A stretch of DNA of 64,000 nt from a virus, in IMG/VR virus record IMGVR_UViG_3300045988_175028. The stretch is one strand, 5' to 3'. Positions within the stretch are counted from its first letter, which is position 1; each line of letters starts with the position of its first letter. This document shows, piece by piece, positions 62,081 to 64,000 of the stretch. The translations under genes were made by a program, and so were the position numbers. The notes under the pieces were generated by a model. The model did not search any database and was not told the DNA's origin. It worked only from the letters and a program-made list of their open reading frames with translations.

Positions 62081-63001
62081 ATGGCATATGAGGAAATTTT
62101 GACAGTGAATAGTTCTATTCAATCAAAGCGAACTACGAAAGTAATAGCTAATAGTAGTACAGAAACCCTAAAAGATGGAGAACTTCTAATTGTTAGAGAT
62201 GGAAACAATCCTCCTAATTTACGCGCGGGAGATGGCACTACTCAAATCAAGAACCTGAAAGATATGGTTCCAGGAGTAGCTTCTACTTCAACTCCAGGTC
62301 TTATGAGCGCTTCGGACAAAACGAAGTTAGACGGAATTGCCACTGGGGCAAATAAAACAATAGTAGACGGCGAGCTGTCTGCTTCATCAACTAATCCCGT
62401 TCAAAATAAAGTTATAAATGCTGAATTAGGAAAGAAGTTATCTCTCTCCGGTGGGACTATGACAGGTGCACTGACTACAAAGGGTATCAAGCTCACTTCG
62501 GGGACAGATTATGGTGCTACTTTACCCAGTAGCCCAGTAACCAACCAATTATTCTTTCAGACAGCCGAAACTAATTTTGTCTTGGATAATGTCTATCCAA
62601 TCGGTTCTATTTATATGAATGTAAATAGTACAAATCCTGGGACGCTCTTTGGAGGAACTTGGGAGCAGATTCAAGGCAAATTCTTACTTGGAATGAGTAG
62701 TAGCTATCCTGCGGGGAGCCAAGGCGGCGAAGCCAGTCATACCCTGACGACAGAGGAGATGCCCAGCCATGGACACAACCCGGCTAACCAGTCAGGATAT
62801 TTTGGCTTTATTACCAATAGTAAGAAGGCGTTCGAAGTGGGTGATATGGGCGTTCAGAGTGGTAGTGGAAGATATTATCCCTATTCCACAGTAGCGTTTG
62901 ATATCAGCCGTAACTCTTTGACCGGTACTACTGGTGGAGGAAAATCCCACAACAATATGCCTCCTTATCTAAGTATATATATTTGGAAGAGAACTGCGTA
63001 A
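62081..63001 (+). CDS. tail fibre protein with C-terminal phage tail-collar domain
   Basis: ATG 62081 after GGAGG. GGEASHTLTTEEMPSHGHN...GGGKSHNNMPPYLSIYIWKR. Confidence 0.7.
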   Translation: MAYEEILTVNSSIQSKRTTKVIANSSTETLKDGELLIVRDGNNPPNLRAGDGTTQIKNLKDMVPGVASTSTPGLMSASDKTKLDGIATGANKTIVDGELSASSTNPVQNKVINAELGKKLSLSGGTMTGALTTKGIKLTSGTDYGATLPSSPVTNQLFFQTAETNFVLDNVYPIGSIYMNVNSTNPGTLFGGTWEQIQGKFLLGMSSSYPAGSQGGEASHTLTTEEMPSHGHNPANQSGYFGFITNSKKAFEVGDMGVQSGSGRYYPYSTVAFDISRNSLTGTTGGGKSHNNMPPYLSIYIWKRTA

Positions 63002-63012
63002 GGGGTGAGTAA

Positions 63013-63789
63013 ATGGCTTATTTTGATGGTCCAAAATCCTCAAAAAATTGGTATGCAAGGCTTGAATATTCATATAGTCAATCAGCCTCAGCTACTACAA
63101 TTACTTTGACCCTAAAAGTATATGATGCAACAGGATACTCTTACAATGGAGATACAAATAGCGCTTATTACGTTATTCAAGGAGAAAAAGTTTATCAAGC
63201 ATATAATTTTGGCTCAGCTGGTTGGTACACCATTGGAAGTAAAACTGTAAAAGTAACCGATACTTCTGCTACTTCTCTTAGAGTATCAGCTATGTGGTGT
63301 TCTAATAATGAGACTACTTATACCCCATACTCTCTTTCAGTATCAGGAACAATAACCTTCCCTCAAATTGCCCCACCTCCTCCAAGCGTAAATATTATAT
63401 CTGTTCAGCCTATTCCAGAATTCATAGCTGGTTATGATGGAGACAGCTTTACGCTAACTTGTAATCCTTCAGGAGGAACTGGATATACCTACAAATGGTA
63501 TAAAGGAACTACAATTGTTGGAACCTCTAAGAGTTTGACAGGAACACTTTCCCATAGTGCTTATGACAATACCTATGCTTATTGTATTGTTAATGACTCA
63601 ACAGGTGGAAAAGCAACAACTAATAAGTGTGAATTTCGAGTAGGAACTTCGGCTAGTCAAACACAAGTTTCAACTAAGCATACCGAATTAGCTAGGATTT
63701 ATAACGGAAGTAAGTTTTTATATGGGATTCCATTCATCTATAAAAGCGGATGGAAATATAGTGCTTGGAATGTAACAGCACAGATATAG
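63013..63789 (+). CDS. structural protein with Ig-like domain
   Basis: FTLTCNPSGGTGYTYKWYKG is typical of an Ig-like repeat. Confidence 0.5.
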   Translation: MAYFDGPKSSKNWYARLEYSYSQSASATTITLTLKVYDATGYSYNGDTNSAYYVIQGEKVYQAYNFGSAGWYTIGSKTVKVTDTSATSLRVSAMWCSNNETTYTPYSLSVSGTITFPQIAPPPPSVNIISVQPIPEFIAGYDGDSFTLTCNPSGGTGYTYKWYKGTTIVGTSKSLTGTLSHSAYDNTYAYCIVNDSTGGKATTNKCEFRVGTSASQTQVSTKHTELARIYNGSKFLYGIPFIYKSGWKYSAWNVTAQI

Positions 63790-63848
63790 CTATTGCAAAT
63801 AATAAATCAAAATCGATAATTAACTTCAAATAAAAAGGAGGACTCAAA

Positions 63849-64000
63849 ATGTCTAAAAAAGTATTTCTAAGCCCCTCAAACCAGTATGATAATCATTATG
63901 CCTATGGCAACACCACCGAGGCTGTTCAGTGTGGTAAGATTGCGGAGGCTTGTAAGGCGGCTCTAATCCGTAATGGTATTGACGTTATGCTAATGCACGA
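63849..64000 (+). CDS. N-acetylmuramoyl-L-alanine amidase-like endolysin, 3' end outside window
   Basis: AAAGGAGG RBS. VFLSPSNQYDNHYAYGNTTE... resembles amidase_3-type N-termini. Confidence 0.45.
   Translation, partial: MSKKVFLSPSNQYDNHYAYGNTTEAVQCGKIAEACKAALIRNGIDVMLMH

Noticed and set aside
56206-63001. Diversity-generating retroelement, because fibre N-termini resemble Mtd-type N-terminal motifs.
   Set aside because: There is no reverse transcriptase and no template/variable repeat pair with A-specific mismatches in the window.
1-64000. Genome-wide stop-codon reassignment (TAG or TGA recoding, as in some gut phages).
   Set aside because: More than 70 long ORFs are intact in the standard code. 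Only two isolated in-frame stops were found (19450 TAG and 37954 TAA), and both have local explanations.

Overview
AT-rich (about one-third GC) segment of a large virulent-type phage. Strong AGGAGG ribosome-binding sites and SleB-, BclA- and amidase-like genes suggest a Firmicutes/Clostridia-type host. Layout: (1) 1-4.2 kb, + strand, small structural-looking genes. (2) 4.2-39 kb, mostly - strand, nucleotide-metabolism and replication module: RuvC-like resolvase, dUTPase, ThyX-like protein, N6-adenine methyltransferase, dCMP deaminase, SHMT, class II-like RNR, Pol III alpha-like polymerase, RecJ-like exonuclease, primase, DnaB, Sak4-like ATPase, SSB-like protein, topoisomerase II A/B, UvrD-like helicase, DNA ligase, dNMP-kinase-like protein, RNase H. 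The RNR and polymerase genes are each split by a group I intron carrying a LAGLIDADG endonuclease. (3) 40.8-47.1 kb, a GC-enriched, almost ORF-free RNA island with 14 tRNA genes, many tRNA-like minihelices and long structured spacers. (4) 47-55 kb: ClpP-like protease, PhoH, kinase-like protein, Pnk-HD end-healing enzyme, RNA ligase, SleB-like hydrolase. (5) 55.6-64 kb: tail-fibre module and the start of an amidase. Most unusual: three tRNA genes (Ile-UAU, Thr-UGU, Lys-UUU) are each broken inside the anticodon by a 61-72 nt insert. Each insert is itself a tRNA-like acceptor/T-arm module ending in N-CCA or N-CAA, and removing it restores a canonical 7-nt anticodon loop. Nearby are a heal-and-seal RNA repair pair and a possible roughly 228-nt RNase P RNA-like gene. 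Other notable points: two in-frame stop codons flanked by identical codons (possible ribosome hops), two homopolymer frameshifts, and a 13-copy promoter motif. Everything here comes from reading the sequence by eye. No folding, covariance-model or database search was run.
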